Below are positions 1 through 9,700 of a stretch of DNA of 33,539 nucleotides, piece by piece (position 1 is the stretch's first letter; each line of letters begins with the position of its first letter). Location: the IMG/VR virus record IMGVR_UViG_3300020220_000189, positions 1-33,539 of that record. One strand, given 5' to 3'. The notes under the pieces are model-generated. The model did not search any database, had not been told where the DNA came from, and was given only the letters and a program-made list of their open reading frames with translations. This stretch comes from a virus (Duplodnaviria; Caudoviricetes). The translations under genes and the position numbers were made by a program.

Positions 1-75
1 TACAGATAGCAGAGCCCGGCATACGAGCCAGAGTGCGCAGGGCCTCCGATAAACGGAACCCGCCAGCCCGAGGCA
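1..75 (-). repeat. DGR variable repeat, allele A (partial)
   Basis: Aligns without gaps to TR 33147-33221 and to the VR at 33362-33436; differences from TR fall at TR adenines (coding strand). Confidence 0.92.
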
Positions 76-178
76 TAGTTGTAGTAGTCAGTGACTTTCG
101 TCGTCGAGCCTGCTCCGACTGATCCCGGGAGCATACTGATATTCTGCTGTAGAGCATTCTGCCACCCGCCCGATGTAG
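1..178. repeat. Terminal overlap with 33362-33539 (circular assembly signature)
   Basis: 53-178 is identical to 33414-33539 (126 bp); 1-52 differs from 33362-33413 at 9 positions. Confidence 0.95.
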
Positions 179-1160
179 GATTTGTCGATCCATAGAGCGC
201 ATAGGCAGATGTCGGGCCTGCATTGTCCGCGAAGTTTGCAGGGTTATTACAGACGTAGTTTACACCACTATTGATATTCCAACCATCAATAAATCCCCAA
301 ATCCCTCCGAAAGGGTCTTCAATCCCGAATAAATTTACATAATCGCCAGAATTTCCACCAGACGTTGATTGTCCCGGGGCGGATATTGATTTTACTTTGC
401 CTGTGGCCGAGATACAGTTAGTGAAGCTCCAAGTAGCGAATCTCGTGTTGCCATTTCCAAGCACACTCTGGCTGTCGAGATCGGCGTACTTTGAAACATA
501 AAGCAACTTCATTAACGAATACAGGTTGAAGTCCATCAACTGCCAACCTGCGCCGACGTTTGCCGCCATCACCCGACCTTGCGCACGGGTAATGGCGCTG
601 ATCGGTTTCTTACCAGCAATAGAGCCAAGCTTGTCGTTGATTTTATCAAGCCAGCTATTCGTTCCGTCGCCGTCGATATACGCTCCGGCACTTACATCAT
701 ACCCACATGCATTGTAGATTCCGATGTATCGATAAGGGACTTCCACGCCCGCTTTAAAAAATGCGGGGTGCAGATTAGGGGTTCTGCCGCATTTGCTTGA
801 CGAGACCTCCCACTTATGAGTATTGTTTATGTAACTGTATCCATAGTAGAGCCGCGGGATGCGGAGCATCACGTGACCTTGCGAGCCATCGAGAGATACA
901 GAGTTATTTTGTGCGTCACGCGTGTAGTCGAGCTGGTCAAGCACTACGTCGGCAGATCCCTCAAGTCCGGGAGTGACGAGGCAGACACGGAGTGTTTCAT
1001 GCACCGGTGATTTGCTTCCGATATCGGCATAGGCGTCTGAGACCTCGTTCCATTCCGCACCTTTTACGAGGGGGGTGCCTAAATTGCCGAATCGGTCAGC
1101 TCCGAACTTGCGTACGCCGCCGTACGGCCCAAACCCGAATGCTTTAATGCCGTACCCCAT
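1..1160 (-). CDS. DGR target protein, 5' part (CLec/Mtd-like receptor-binding protein, about 405 aa in total, continuing across the junction to the stop at 33304)
   Basis: Hand translation: ATG at 1160 overlaps the stop of the 1160..1570 ORF (TAATG); open frame MGYGIKAFGFG...GIEDPFGGIWGFIDGWNI...WRVPFIGGPAHSGSYAGLCYL runs off the window edge; GIEDxxGxxWxxxDG resembles the motif of CLec-fold DGR targets. Absent from the ORF track because it is truncated by the edge. Confidence 0.88.
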   Translation of the reverse strand, partial: MGYGIKAFGFGPYGGVRKFGADRFGNLGTPLVKGAEWNEVSDAYADIGSKSPVHETLRVCLVTPGLEGSADVVLDQLDYTRDAQNNSVSLDGSQGHVMLRIPRLYYGYSYINNTHKWEVSSSKCGRTPNLHPAFFKAGVEVPYRYIGIYNACGYDVSAGAYIDGDGTNSWLDKINDKLGSIAGKKPISAITRAQGRVMAANVGAGWQLMDFNLYSLMKLLYVSKYADLDSQSVLGNGNTRFATWSFTNCISATGKVKSISAPGQSTSGGNSGDYVNLFGIEDPFGGIWGFIDGWNINSGVNYVCNNPANFADNAGPTSAYALYGSTNPTSGGWQNALQQNISMLPGSVGAGSTTKVTDYYNYASGWRVPFIGGPAHSGSYAGLCYL

Positions 1161-1570
1161 TACCCACGCCTCCGGGAAGCGAAGATGTAGATTGTGCCTT
1201 CGAACCCGGCCGCGTCGGCTGTAAAGAGCACCCGGTTCCGGCGTGCTGCCGGGATTTTCGGATTACTGAACAGCCGTGCCGCGCCAAGCGCTGAAAATAT
1301 TGCCGGAAGAACAGCGCCTTCTTCGTCGTATGGGGCGGAATAGTTTGCATCAACCCCGCTGTTGTCGCTCTGTACCTGACCGGTCAGGGCTCCGGAAGTC
1401 CAGAGCACCTGAACAGCCGAAAACGGGCGTGCACCAAGGTCAGGGCTTGCCGCAATTTCGGCGGCGGCAAGCGTCCCTGTGCCGGTAAGAAGCAGGTCAA
1501 CTTCTTCTTTGTAACCTCCTCCGGTGTCGCCGCCGACAGGATAAAGCGTTTCGGTCCATGTGATTGCCAT
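1160..1570 (-). CDS. Hypothetical protein (136 aa) translationally coupled to the DGR target; possible virion adaptor
   Basis: AGGAG RBS upstream; stop overlaps target ATG. Confidence 0.75.
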   Translation of the reverse strand: MAITWTETLYPVGGDTGGGYKEEVDLLLTGTGTLAAAEIAASPDLGARPFSAVQVLWTSGALTGQVQSDNSGVDANYSAPYDEEGAVLPAIFSALGAARLFSNPKIPAARRNRVLFTADAAGFEGTIYIFASRRRG

Positions 1571-1579
1571 TTTTGCTCC

Positions 1580-1837
1580 TTACTTTTTTTTGAATAATTT
1601 CGATTGCTCGTCGTACCACCGGTTCCACGCCCGAAGCTTTGCGCTCACTATATGGTACTGCCCGTAGTTCAAGTTGGCGTTCTGCAGTAGATCGCTCATC
1701 ATGGCGCCGTCCCGCAGGGGCGTGAGTGGCGGAGGGTCCTGCAGATCAACGGGCGGCTGTGGAAACTTCGTGACGGCCGGGATTGTTATTGCGCACGCGC
1801 CGAGCGTGAGCATGAGCATTACAGCGATTCTTTTCAT
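1580..1837 (-). CDS. Outer-membrane spanin (Rz1-like lipoprotein), 85 aa
   Basis: MKRIAVMLMLTLGAC signal peptide with lipobox; Pro-rich segment; ATGA overlap with the Rz-like gene. Confidence 0.75.
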   Translation of the reverse strand: MKRIAVMLMLTLGACAITIPAVTKFPQPPVDLQDPPPLTPLRDGAMMSDLLQNANLNYGQYHIVSAKLRAWNRWYDEQSKLFKKK

Positions 1838-2193
1838 TTTGCCCCCCTTACGGCATCGTTGTAGAGATCGATTGCCGGTTTCGGCATCGGGCCGCAGACG
1901 TTGATCTCCGGTTTTTGCGCCTCGATCTTGCCGGAAAGCGCTGCAGTATGGCTCTGTGCGGCCGCAATTTCGGCGGCGGCGGCTTTTTGACGGTAGTATG
2001 CCAGACTGTCGCTTTCTGCCTCGAGGATATCGATCTTGTGCCGCACCGCCACCATGCGATTCTCCCACCGCGTCCGTTCGGCATGCTTGCCGTCGGCCCG
2101 ACCCTTTACATAGATTCCTGAGAGGATCAGCACCACCGCGCCGGCGGTGATTGCCCATTTGTAGGGCATGAGTTTGGCTATAAGGCTAATCAT
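1834..2193 (-). CDS. Inner-membrane spanin (Rz-like)
   Basis: N-terminal TM helix, Ala-rich coiled-coil, C-terminal Cys; position in lysis cassette. Confidence 0.7.
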   Translation of the reverse strand: MISLIAKLMPYKWAITAGAVVLILSGIYVKGRADGKHAERTRWENRMVAVRHKIDILEAESDSLAYYRQKAAAAEIAAAQSHTAALSGKIEAQKPEINVCGPMPKPAIDLYNDAVRGAK

Positions 2194-2542
2194 GCTGGTA
2201 TCCGATTTTGAGCGCCGTGAAAATGTATTTTATGAGGTAGCTGTACCCTACCTCGGCCAGCAAAAAGCTGGGGATGGCCTGCCGGAGCGTCATCCACCCG
2301 GCCTGCACAAAAAGCACTCCCGCGCCAGCGCCGATGGCGACGGTAACCCACTTTTTCCAGTCCTGCATGATGACGGCAAAGAGCGGATTTTTTGACGCCA
2401 CAACCCACGCGGAAACCCGTGCAGGGATCAGCGCAGGAACGTACCGCTCGAGCGCTTTGGAAACACTGTAGACGCCAAAAACGACTACGATGATGTAGTA
2501 GGGGTCGAAAATGCTGATAATCTGCTGGATGATCTGGTCCAT
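2186..2542 (-). CDS. Holin-like membrane protein
   Basis: 118 aa with several hydrophobic segments, between endolysin and spanins. Confidence 0.6.
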   Translation of the reverse strand: MDQIIQQIISIFDPYYIIVVVFGVYSVSKALERYVPALIPARVSAWVVASKNPLFAVIMQDWKKWVTVAIGAGAGVLFVQAGWMTLRQAIPSFLLAEVGYSYLIKYIFTALKIGYQHD

Positions 2543-2565
2543 AAATCAACTTATAAGTTAAGTTT

Positions 2566-3453
2566 TCAAGAATATTTCCGGTAAGACTGTGCAAGCCGGG
2601 AGTGATAGCCGTGCTTTGCGTAGCCTGCACCGTTCCAGCGCAGGGCAATGCCTTTGAAATCGAGAGCCTTGATAGCCGCCAGCATCCCCGGCATGCTCGC
2701 CATCAACCTCAGCGCGGCGACAAGTTGGTTTTTCTCGCTCTGGCGCATGGCCTCGACAAACGCATGCACACTGGTGTACCCGCAGGCTTTGAAATGAAGC
2801 CCCAGCACCTGCAGGAGCCCCCAGCTTGCGGACTGCATAGCCGCGCCCTGGTCAACCTCTGCAGCAATACCGAGGCGCCCCCATTCGCCAGCACCGCCGA
2901 TGTACCAGCTGCTCACCCATTTGGGATAAAGTATCCCTTGCGGAAGCGTAAGCGATATCTTCTGAGGGGACTTACCCGCCTTTTCGAGTTGAGCCCAGAA
3001 CACGTGCCCTTCGAACAGGATGACCGGATCTCCGGTGGACAGGAATCCGCGGCCCCGGCTCTCTACCGATGTGATAGCTTTTACCATGGCAAGCTCGATA
3101 CCGGCATCGCGGGACGCATCGGCAAAGTCCTGCTCAGAAAGAATTGTGCCGGGCTTGCGCGACGGAACAGGCTGGGCTATCGTCCGGCAGATATGCTTTA
3201 CCGCATCGGCGGTTTTTTGCCCGTACCAGCCGTCTACCGGACCGGAATCGAGGCCAAGCGTAATGGCGTAGTCCTGCACGAACATGATTGCATACTCTTC
3301 AGCCCTGCGCGGGTCAGGAATAAGCCCGTATTTTTTGCCGATGGCCGCCACCGCGGCATCGTGAGTTTTCTTTCCGGCAAGTCCATCGATGGAGCCGGCA
3401 TAAAATCCACGGTCTTTCAGTACTTCCTGCGCTATTCTGATGACATCGCTCAT
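2566..3453 (-). CDS. Endolysin: peptidoglycan-binding repeats plus N-acetylmuramidase (DUF3380-type) domain
   Basis: Two DG.xG..T PG-binding motifs (IDGLAGKKT, VDGWYGQKT); VESRGRGF...ILFEGHVF and SASWGLLQVLG motifs; start moved to MSDVIRIAQ. Confidence 0.85.
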   Translation of the reverse strand: MSDVIRIAQEVLKDRGFYAGSIDGLAGKKTHDAAVAAIGKKYGLIPDPRRAEEYAIMFVQDYAITLGLDSGPVDGWYGQKTADAVKHICRTIAQPVPSRKPGTILSEQDFADASRDAGIELAMVKAITSVESRGRGFLSTGDPVILFEGHVFWAQLEKAGKSPQKISLTLPQGILYPKWVSSWYIGGAGEWGRLGIAAEVDQGAAMQSASWGLLQVLGLHFKACGYTSVHAFVEAMRQSEKNQLVAALRLMASMPGMLAAIKALDFKGIALRWNGAGYAKHGYHSRLAQSYRKYS

Positions 3454-3455
3454 GA

Positions 3456-3542
3456 TCAGTTTCTTTTTTTTGGTTTTTCGCGGATGTCGCGCCCGGCAGC
3501 CAGAATCACTGCGCACAGGGCAAGTCCGACATAAATCATCAT
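3456..3542 (-). CDS. Putative 28-aa single-TM peptide (MMIYVGLALCAVILAAGRDIREKPKKRN)
   Basis: Fills the gap between 3539..3754 (ATGA overlap) and the endolysin ATG. Confidence 0.45.
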   Translation of the reverse strand: MMIYVGLALCAVILAAGRDIREKPKKRN

Positions 3543-3754
3543 TTTGGCAGACTGCCCGATATTTTCACCAGGAGCCCAAGCGCAGCTATAAGGAGCAAGG
3601 TTTCGCTGAAGAAAAGCCCGATCAACCACTTCGTATTACTTTCGAGCTTGTCGAAAAGCTTTTCGATTGATACTTCGCCTTTCGTGAGCCGTTCCTCGAC
3701 GGCGTTCAGTCGTTCGTCATGCCGGACAATATCTGTGCAACAATTCTCTGACAT
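3539..3754 (-). CDS. Small coiled-coil protein with C-terminal TM helix (XhlA/holin-like)
   Basis: RHDERLNAVEERL coiled coil followed by KWLIGLFF...LLIAALGLL; upstream of endolysin. Confidence 0.6.
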   Translation of the reverse strand: MSENCCTDIVRHDERLNAVEERLTKGEVSIEKLFDKLESNTKWLIGLFFSETLLLIAALGLLVKISGSLPK

Positions 3755-3814
3755 ATGAAAGGTCTGATTTAGTGTACGTTTAATTGGTGTTTAACAATTT
3801 GTCTATACTCAGGG

Positions 3815-4786
3815 TTACCCGATCTTTCGTACCTCTATAGTCCCGAAAATATTTGTAACACCAAAACTCGCACCAACGCCAAGGCCGGATGACAATCGAC
3901 TGACTGCTGTTCGATATTGCCACGCAAGAGTACCGCCATTCGTACCCACAAAATCGACGACAGCCTTGCCTTCCACCAAACACGTTGAACTGCCGTACGA
4001 CCAATCGACCATCGAGTAACGATAAGCTGCTGTACCACCAGTAGGTGTTGTAACCAGACGCACAATACTTTCTAAGGTATAAAAAAAGGTATGGCTGAAT
4101 TCTACCTCATATCTCCCTTTCGGGAGGGTTATCACATCTGATAAAAGGGAGCACCCTATCTCGTCAACAGTCTCTGCCGTGATCGGAAGCGTCCGCCAAT
4201 CACCACTTGTTGCTGTTCCACCATCGGTACCACTTGCCGCAGTATGCTGATATTGAGCATAAAGATGTCTTGCATCACAAGCGTCATTAATCGCGGCCGC
4301 CATGCTTGCGGCACTCGGAGGCTGGTTCGTAATCTCGCCAGCAATCGCCTCCGCATCGCTGAGCGGCTTCAGCACAAGCACATCAGCATCATTTGCGGCA
4401 TTCCTGACTATGACGGGATACGCATCGGACTTCGGGATGATCCGTAACCCGCCTCCGGCTTGCCGGGTAATTTTTGTTCCATCCGAAAACACAATCCCCT
4501 TGCCGTCGGCGGTGATCTCAAGGTCTGTGGTGCTTTGCGCCTCTTGCAGGTATTTTGTTCGCTGCAGCAGCCACCGGCCTGCAGTCCCGGATGATTGGTC
4601 GTACGGAATGATTACCATCAGCCCGTCTGCTGTGGCAAGGCTTGAGCCACTGAACCTGTAGCAGTAAAGCACGTTCGAAATTGACGCCCAGCAATAGGAG
4701 CCGTCAACTTTCATGCCCGTGACGTTGCGGTCTACTGCTGTGAGGCCTCCTCCCGTGAGGGATGTTTTAAAATTGAGATTTGCCAT
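3815..4786 (-). CDS. Tail fibre / minor tail protein
   Basis: Last gene of tail module; G/T/S-rich, beta-rich C-terminal domain. Confidence 0.6.
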   Translation of the reverse strand: MANLNFKTSLTGGGLTAVDRNVTGMKVDGSYCWASISNVLYCYRFSGSSLATADGLMVIIPYDQSSGTAGRWLLQRTKYLQEAQSTTDLEITADGKGIVFSDGTKITRQAGGGLRIIPKSDAYPVIVRNAANDADVLVLKPLSDAEAIAGEITNQPPSAASMAAAINDACDARHLYAQYQHTAASGTDGGTATSGDWRTLPITAETVDEIGCSLLSDVITLPKGRYEVEFSHTFFYTLESIVRLVTTPTGGTAAYRYSMVDWSYGSSTCLVEGKAVVDFVGTNGGTLAWQYRTAVSRLSSGLGVGASFGVTNIFGTIEVRKIG

Positions 4787-5629
4787 TTACAGTTTTTCCC
4801 TGAATTTGAGACTGACCAGTTTATAGTGTAATCCATGCGCCACTTGGGACGGCAATTCGTCGAGCCCGGCAAAAATGTTGCCGAGTTTACCGCTGTTACT
4901 CAGTTTCCATGCGCATGGAGTTTTCCCAAGCGGCCGCACTACTTTTTCTTCGAACTCCTTGTACGATGAATAGCCGTCAGGATCGGCCCCGTCGATGCCG
5001 CAATACATCACCACATGCCCCTCGGGGGTGCGCTGCACCGTGCCTGGCTTGTACCATGCCGAGCCATCGTGCAAGGCTATTTCTGTGCCGTTGTCGATGT
5101 ACCCGCCTTTGTAGCTGCTGTGCCGGAAATCGCGATAGTTCAGCAATTCACCGGCAATAATAAGACCAACGCTTACGTAACTATGGTTCAGCGTCGTCAG
5201 GGTGATGTCGATCGTCCTTTTCCCTGATGAGCCCAACGGCTGGAACTCTACAAAGAAAAACCCGCTTTCACCGTCGTAATTTTCGTGTTCCTGCGTCCAG
5301 GCATCTGATTCAGCCGACTCGTCGACAAACGCGACAGCGGCTCCGGCTTCGTCCTGGCCGGCCGTTATTGTGGCCCCGGCTTCGTCCTGACCCCATTCAT
5401 AGGTTTGTGCAATCATCGACGCAATCGACACATCGTCTGTGTTGGTCAGCACAATAGCAAGAGCCGTGGCTTTTCCCTGTTCGACAATGCGGATAGCGCA
5501 GGAGTTGCCTGTCGATCGGAATGGCTTGCGCGGGTGGCCGTTCTGAAGGTTTGTCAGAGGGTATTCCGCGTCGGCCGTGCCGCTTACAAGCGTGATCGAT
5601 TCGATGGTATCGGAGTAGATTACTTTCAT
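4787..5629 (-). CDS. Tail-tip structural protein
   Basis: Coupled gene in tail module; YPLTNLQ..HP...FRS N-terminal motif seen in phage tail proteins. Confidence 0.6.
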   Translation of the reverse strand: MKVIYSDTIESITLVSGTADAEYPLTNLQNGHPRKPFRSTGNSCAIRIVEQGKATALAIVLTNTDDVSIASMIAQTYEWGQDEAGATITAGQDEAGAAVAFVDESAESDAWTQEHENYDGESGFFFVEFQPLGSSGKRTIDITLTTLNHSYVSVGLIIAGELLNYRDFRHSSYKGGYIDNGTEIALHDGSAWYKPGTVQRTPEGHVVMYCGIDGADPDGYSSYKEFEEKVVRPLGKTPCAWKLSNSGKLGNIFAGLDELPSQVAHGLHYKLVSLKFREKL

Positions 5630-6768
5630 GCGATCACCCCCTCACCGATCAGCGTTGTTTTTTTCGACTGGAGGTCGTACTGAACGCTTCTCATCAGCAT
5701 TTCGGCGCCAACTTCAACCGGGGTTCTCGATTCAATGAAGGACGCTTTCCTCCCGCACTGAAACACGCCATAACTCTCCGGAACGGTAAACTCGATCTGT
5801 TGCTTCGCCAGATAATCGGCGATTTTTTTCAGATACCTGTTATCTGTGGCATACAGGCCCTGCCCGGCCGAAACCTCCTGCCCAAACGTCGATTCTCCCA
5901 CCGTATACACAAACCCAGTCCCGTCGCTTACGGTGTTTACCGGCACCATGTCGGTATAAACTGGCGTGCGGACAAAGCCGAACCGGCCGTAATCGATCGG
6001 TGTGCCGGTTTCGGCAACGTTGTCGACGAGGTGCAGCGTCATGCTTTCAGGGTCGATCCAGAAGAACAGCCCAAAGTAGGCTGCAACGCCGTCGGCTACG
6101 TCGAGCAGCAGCGAGTTTCCCGAAACGGTGCCGGTTACTACCGGCGGGCTCGCCATTGCATGAGTGCTGTCGAGCGTGAGCCCGAGCTCCGTGCAAAGCC
6201 GGGTAAAGAACCCTGTAACCAGGTTGGTTGTCGGCCCCCAGCTTGCAAGCGATGTTCCCCCGGGCATGACAAACTGAACGCTCCCGCTCCATGTGGCCCC
6301 GTCGGTTGATGTGCGAAGGTAGAGGTCGCCGTTCTGGTAGCTGCTGTGCCAGCTCGATTTATTTGCCGAGTACTGAACGCTGAGCTCTTCCCTAGCGCCG
6401 GGAATAGGAAGGTACGGGTTGCTGTAGAGGGTATACACAATTTCCTTCTCGCTCCATCTGGTGCGGACCAGTGTTCCACTGCAGAGCGTTTCGGCTGATG
6501 CTTCGTCCGAATCCGTCGCCGCGACCACCGCAAGCAGGGTTTTCGGCGGAGGAAAAACCGAAATGAGGCCCTCTGCGGGGTCGAACAGCGCCGGAGTGAA
6601 GCGGACTGTCGGCATGGATACCCTGAGGTACCCGCCGAAGTCGAAGTTCGACCGGACAATAATGGGATCGATTCGGCTCACCACGCCGTGCCACTGGTGT
6701 TCCAGCGGCCTGGTTTCGGTGCTGCACCGCACTGTTTCACCGTTGTAATTGATTGTAAGCAGCAGCAT
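5626..6768 (-). CDS. Tail-tip / baseplate hub-like protein
   Basis: Immediately follows the tape measure gene; coupled start/stop. Confidence 0.6.
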   Translation of the reverse strand: MLLLTINYNGETVRCSTETRPLEHQWHGVVSRIDPIIVRSNFDFGGYLRVSMPTVRFTPALFDPAEGLISVFPPPKTLLAVVAATDSDEASAETLCSGTLVRTRWSEKEIVYTLYSNPYLPIPGAREELSVQYSANKSSWHSSYQNGDLYLRTSTDGATWSGSVQFVMPGGTSLASWGPTTNLVTGFFTRLCTELGLTLDSTHAMASPPVVTGTVSGNSLLLDVADGVAAYFGLFFWIDPESMTLHLVDNVAETGTPIDYGRFGFVRTPVYTDMVPVNTVSDGTGFVYTVGESTFGQEVSAGQGLYATDNRYLKKIADYLAKQQIEFTVPESYGVFQCGRKASFIESRTPVEVGAEMLMRSVQYDLQSKKTTLIGEGVIA

Positions 6769-9700
6769 CAGTACACCGTCCTTGCTGTTCGGTTTCCGGT
6801 AACGGCTATTCTGCTTTCACGCCGGACGGCCTGCTCGTCGAGGTAGGCGTTGAATTCTCGGTCGCCGATCTGCACCTTTATGGTTGCGGGCATTACCACC
6901 TGCACCGATCCGGACCCGCTTCCAGGGACTTCTGGAAAAATGTACCCGTCCGATCCCGGAACAAAAAGCTCCGGCTGCCGGCGGTCGCCTACAATGTAGG
7001 GCTGACCGGATGTTACCGAACCGCCATAGGCACGGGCCTCGATGGGCGTGCCGGAATACACGTACTGGTTGAGCGATATCTGGTCGAAGGCGTTGTAAAG
7101 CTCTGATACTACAGGGGCAATGGTAGACGCGAGATTTTGGGCCTGCGAAACCAGAGCCGCCATGTCGGCGGAAGTCATGTCGCCGCTTATCATCCCCTGC
7201 ACAATCGTTTTCATTGCCGGCTGCAGCTGCTCCATCACCACGTCGTTCACAAGTTGCGCCACGGCCATATTTTTCAGGCTCTGCACCAGCTGCTGTTCAA
7301 GCCCTTCTGCGAAGATCCTCGCAGCCTGGTCGCTGTTTGTTGCAAGAGCAATTGAGTTAAGCATCAGTTCTGCAACACTGTCAGCGTTGATGCCTGTAAC
7401 CGTGCTGATCACGGAATCCCAATATGCGGCGGTAGCTTGAGACAAATCTCCGACTTGAGCTATGGTATACTCAAGAAGCACTTTTGCCGAATCGAGATCA
7501 TTTATCAATCCCGGGCGCATAAACTCATTAATCGTTTTCCCTGCTTGGTCAAGTACGCTCAGCGCCTCCTGAAGCTTCTTGAGTTCCTTGGTGCCGCGAT
7601 CCTCGAAGAGACGGCCTGACGTGCCGGATTTCATTCCGGGGTAACCGGGATCCGCATAGTTTTTCAATGCGTCATAATTGTACCTTGTTGCCCTTAGCAG
7701 TTTCAGCGATTCCGTGCCGCCGGACAACGCGGACTCAACCATATTATCATAGATCTGACCACGCAAATCATCTCTTTGCGCCCTCTCCTCCTCGTAGTTG
7801 CTACCTCCCCCAAAAATTGACGAAACAAGGCCAACAACACCACCGACAATCGCGCCTATCGGCCCGCCGACTTTAAACCCGGCCAGCGCCAAACCAGCCG
7901 TCGAACTGATTGCGTTGCCGACCCCTCCACCAACGACCTGCCCGATGCCCTGAATGGCCGAGCCGATGCTTTTGAACAGCGCCGATCCGGAACCGGCACC
8001 TCCATCGAGCTTCTGGTACTCCTGGTACTGCTCGTAGGCCGAAACAAACGAATTCCACCCCTTGATTTTTATGCCACTCTGCTCCATGGCATACCTGATA
8101 TCTTGCAGGCCTGCGGCTGTGCCGTCAATGGAATTGCGCACGTCGTCGCCAAATAGGTCCGGCCTGTCGCCGATAAGCTTGTCCATATCGGGAGACGCGT
8201 TCTGAGCGGCAACCGTGAATTTCTGTAAAGCTATTCTTGCATACTCGAGCTGGCGGATCTCCTCCTCTTTCGAAATCAGGCCCTCGCTCTGCAGCAGGGC
8301 AAGCATTTCGGTAATTTTTTTGAATTCTTTGTTGGCCGCATACGCCCCCTCGACCTCTTCGGTCTGCTCAGCATACCACTCTGTCGCCTTCTCCACCGCC
8401 TTCGCATGCTCCTCATACGCCTTTTTCGCCTCACGCGCCGCCTTGTCAGCCGCAGAAGTCCCCCCGCGCCCGCCGCCGGCAACAGCTGAAGGAGAAGGTG
8501 ACGTTCCGGATTTCCTGCCTTCGGCGGAAACGACGGTTTCCGGTGCGGATGTGGCATTGATAAACTCGTCGAGCGTCATGTACTTCGACTTCCTTCCTTT
8601 TGCTGCTTGAATTGCCCGCAGGTCAGCATTGTCGTCGTTGCTCGCCCATTTTACCCAAGTGTCGGCCGTCAACCCGGCGACCGCGCCAATACCGGCGCCC
8701 CATGGTCCGCCAAGTTTGCCGCCAAGCCAGGCATAAAGAAACGCAGATGGTATTTCCCTAATTACTCCTGCAAGGCCGGATATCGCCGGGGTAAGGCTTT
8801 TCGCAATCCCGGCCGCAGCATCAAGGCTTGACGATGCGATTTTCCCGATAGCGGAGGCAAATTCGATAACCTCATCTTTATTCTCGGCGACATATGCAGT
8901 AAGGTCTTTAACTGTATCGGTGAGAGCCTCAACAAACCCTCCGTCGGCAATTGTTACTTTCAAATCCATTACCGCAGTATCAAAACGAGCCATGGCGGCG
9001 GCGGCAGATCCTCCGGCGTCAACTGCTGCCGCACCGAATTTGTCGTGCAGCACGTCGGCTAATTTCGGCAATAAATCAGATGCCAGAACTTCGCCCTGCT
9101 CAAGCATTTTGTTCAGTTCCTGCGTGGAAACGCCCATGGCTTTTGCTGCCATATTGAATGCGCCGGGAATGCGCTCTCCAAGCTGTCCCCTCAGTTCTTC
9201 AGCCTGCACATTCCCCTTGCTCATCATCTGCTGCAAGGCGTTGAGCGCGCCGGATGTCTGCTCTGTCGAAAGGCCAAGAGCGACTGAGGCTTCCATAACG
9301 CCTTTCAGAATATCGCGGGAATCTGCCGACGACATACCCATATCACGGGATGCAACCGTAAACCCTTTTGCCGCATCTGCAGCAGAGTAAAAATCAACTC
9401 CGAGTGACTGAGTGGTATCGCGCAGCCATTTCAGTTCTTTCGAGGCAGCTTCTGCGCTACCAGTAGCCACGGTGAAGCCTCTGCTTAACGCTTCTGCCTT
9501 CATGCTGGCATCAAGCATTTCGCGACCGGCATACGCTATACCAGCTCCAGCTATTGCGCTTTTTATGGAAAAAAGTGAGGCTGAAAGGTTTTTGAACCCG
9601 GAAGATGCTCGGGCCGCATTATCGTTCATTGCGCGACCCGTGTAAGCTGATTGCGCAGTCAACGCTTTAAGCTCGCGCTCAACTCCTTTCACGTCGCCAA

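Noticed and set aside
2602-3534. 310-aa plus-strand ORF, and similar antisense ORFs such as 30047..31012 and 19323..20078
   Set aside because: Fully overlap well-supported minus-strand genes; expected in GC-rich coding DNA
3815-4786. Second remote VR in the tail fibre gene
   Set aside because: No TR-like sequence seen by eye at its 3' end or elsewhere; a BLASTn-short search of TR against the genome would settle it
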